DNA of 16,480 nt from Tubiluchus corallicola (lineage: Eukaryota > Animalia > Priapulida). The notes under the pieces were generated by a model. It was not told the DNA's origin and searched no databases. It saw only the letters and a list, made by a program, of their open reading frames with translations. The DNA is taken from positions 1-16,480 of the forward strand of contig JAQGDQ010002506.1 of the NCBI GenBank assembly GCA_030141605.1, in the 5' to 3' direction. Shown here one piece after another: positions 15,177-16,480 of the stretch. The first letter of the stretch is position 1, and each line of letters starts with the position of its first letter. Made by a program: the position numbers and the translations under genes.

Positions 15177-16480
15177 TCACACTAGTCCCTGGGCCATCAT
15201 AGCATTGGCAACCTTTATAAACCCTCCGATATTGGCACCAATCTCATAATTAACATGCCCGTTGCTCTGCTTGCCATACCTGACACATGTAGCATGAATA
15301 TTCTTCATAATAGAGTTAAGCTTCGTATCGACCTCCTCGCGCGTCCACTGCATCCTCATGGAGTTTTGCGCCATCTCCAGCCCCGAAACAGCTACGCCCC
15401 CTGCATTTGATGCCTTACCCGGAGCATACAGCACATTATGCTTATGAAACAGGAGAATAGCTTCAGGTGTACACGGCATATTGGCACCCTCAGAAACACA
15501 AAAGCACCCTCCCTCCAGCAAGCTCCGCGCATCATCCTCATTCACCTCATTCTCTGTTGCAGAAGGTAAAGCTATATCACACTTCTCACCCCACGGCCTG
15601 GCATCGGATACAAACTTTACCCCAAACTCCCGGGCATACTCCTCTATCCGACCTCGCCTAACATTCTTCAGCTCCATTAAAAACTCAAACTTCTCACCCT
15701 TAACCCCATCGGGATCATATATGTAACCACTGGAATCGGAAAGTGTGACAACCTTTCCACCCAGCTCATTAATCTTCTCCGTAGTGTACTGGGCTACATT
15801 CCCCGAACCGCTTACAGCAACCATCTTTCCTTTAAATGTTTTATTCACACTATTTAGCATCTCCCGGACAAAATACACATTGCCATACCCTGTAGCCTCT
15901 GGCCGTATAAGCGAACCACTCCAGTTAATACCCTTACCGGTAAGCACCCCAGTAAACTCATTCTTAAGGCGCTTATACTGCCCAAACAAAAAACCGATCT
16001 CTCTACCCCCAACACCTATATCGCCGGCAGGAACATCTGTATAAGGACCTATATGCCTTGAAAGCTCAGTCATAAACGACTGACAAAAACGCATTATTTC
16101 TCCGTCCGTCTTCTCTTTGGGATCAAAGTCGGACCCCCCCTTTCCCCCTCCCATTGGAAGATTTGTAAGACTGTTCTTCAGCACCTGCTCAAAAGCAAGA
16201 AACTTCAGAACACCAAGGTTAACGCTCGGATGAAACCGCAACCCACCTTTATAAGGACCGATAGCACTATTCATCTCCACCCTGTAACCGCGATTGATAT
16301 GCACATTACCCTGATCATCCGCCCATGGCACTCTAAACTGTATAACCCTTTCCGGCTCGGCCATACGCTCCAATACCCTGGACTTGAGATAGATAGGGTG
16401 ATTGACAAGGAAAGGCGCGAGGGACTCCACTACTTCACGAACAGCCTGATGAAATTCCGCCTCATGAGGGTCACGCTCCA
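15177..16480 (-). CDS. gdhA: Glutamate dehydrogenase, NAD(P)-type GdhA; start lies beyond the window end
   Basis: Same catalytic motifs with GSGNVAQY, SDSSG and EGANMP. The frame continues upstream of 16430 as ERDPHEAEFHQAVREVVES to the window edge. Confidence 0.93.
   Translation of the reverse strand, partial: ERDPHEAEFHQAVREVVESLAPFLVNHPIYLKSRVLERMAEPERVIQFRVPWADDQGNVHINRGYRVEMNSAIGPYKGGLRFHPSVNLGVLKFLAFEQVLKNSLTNLPMGGGKGGSDFDPKEKTDGEIMRFCQSFMTELSRHIGPYTDVPAGDIGVGGREIGFLFGQYKRLKNEFTGVLTGKGINWSGSLIRPEATGYGNVYFVREMLNSVNKTFKGKMVAVSGSGNVAQYTTEKINELGGKVVTLSDSSGYIYDPDGVKGEKFEFLMELKNVRRGRIEEYAREFGVKFVSDARPWGEKCDIALPSATENEVNEDDARSLLEGGCFCVSEGANMPCTPEAILLFHKHNVLYAPGKASNAGGVAVSGLEMAQNSMRMQWTREEVDTKLNSIMKNIHATCVRYGKQSNGHVNYEIGANIGGFIKVANAMMAQGLV

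Noticed and set aside
948-16044. Remaining short ORFs overlapping cas genes, purU, the receptor, the methyltransferase and gdh genes
   Set aside because: Shadow frames of well-supported genes, with no recognisable motifs.

Overview
Positions 851-16480 look like Bacteroidota (Bacteroidales/Marinilabiliales-like) DNA. This part holds a type II-C CRISPR-Cas locus: the 3' end of cas9, cas1, cas2, a leader and 20 identical 36-nt repeats plus a truncated terminal copy. Next come an AT-rich block (K+ channel-type ion transporter, purU, a truncated second channel), an isolated degenerate CRISPR repeat at 7140-7176, and a complete IS4-like element with 15-bp IRs and a 6-bp target duplication. The rest is a TonB-dependent-receptor-like outer membrane protein, a CPBP/CAAX protease, a THUMP/RlmL-like rRNA methyltransferase and two tandem glutamate dehydrogenases. 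The first 802 bp are a 51-bp tandem repeat that encodes a mucin-like S/T/Q/E-rich frame on the minus strand. It is joined to cas9 through back-to-back Oxford Nanopore adapter sequence (803-850), so the apparent repeat-cas9 fusion is almost certainly a chimeric-read artefact. The best biological lead is the orphan repeat 2.6 kb downstream of the array: its substitutions are all G:U-wobble compatible with a minus-strand anti-repeat (tracr/sca-like RNA), although local strand mutational bias is a competing explanation.
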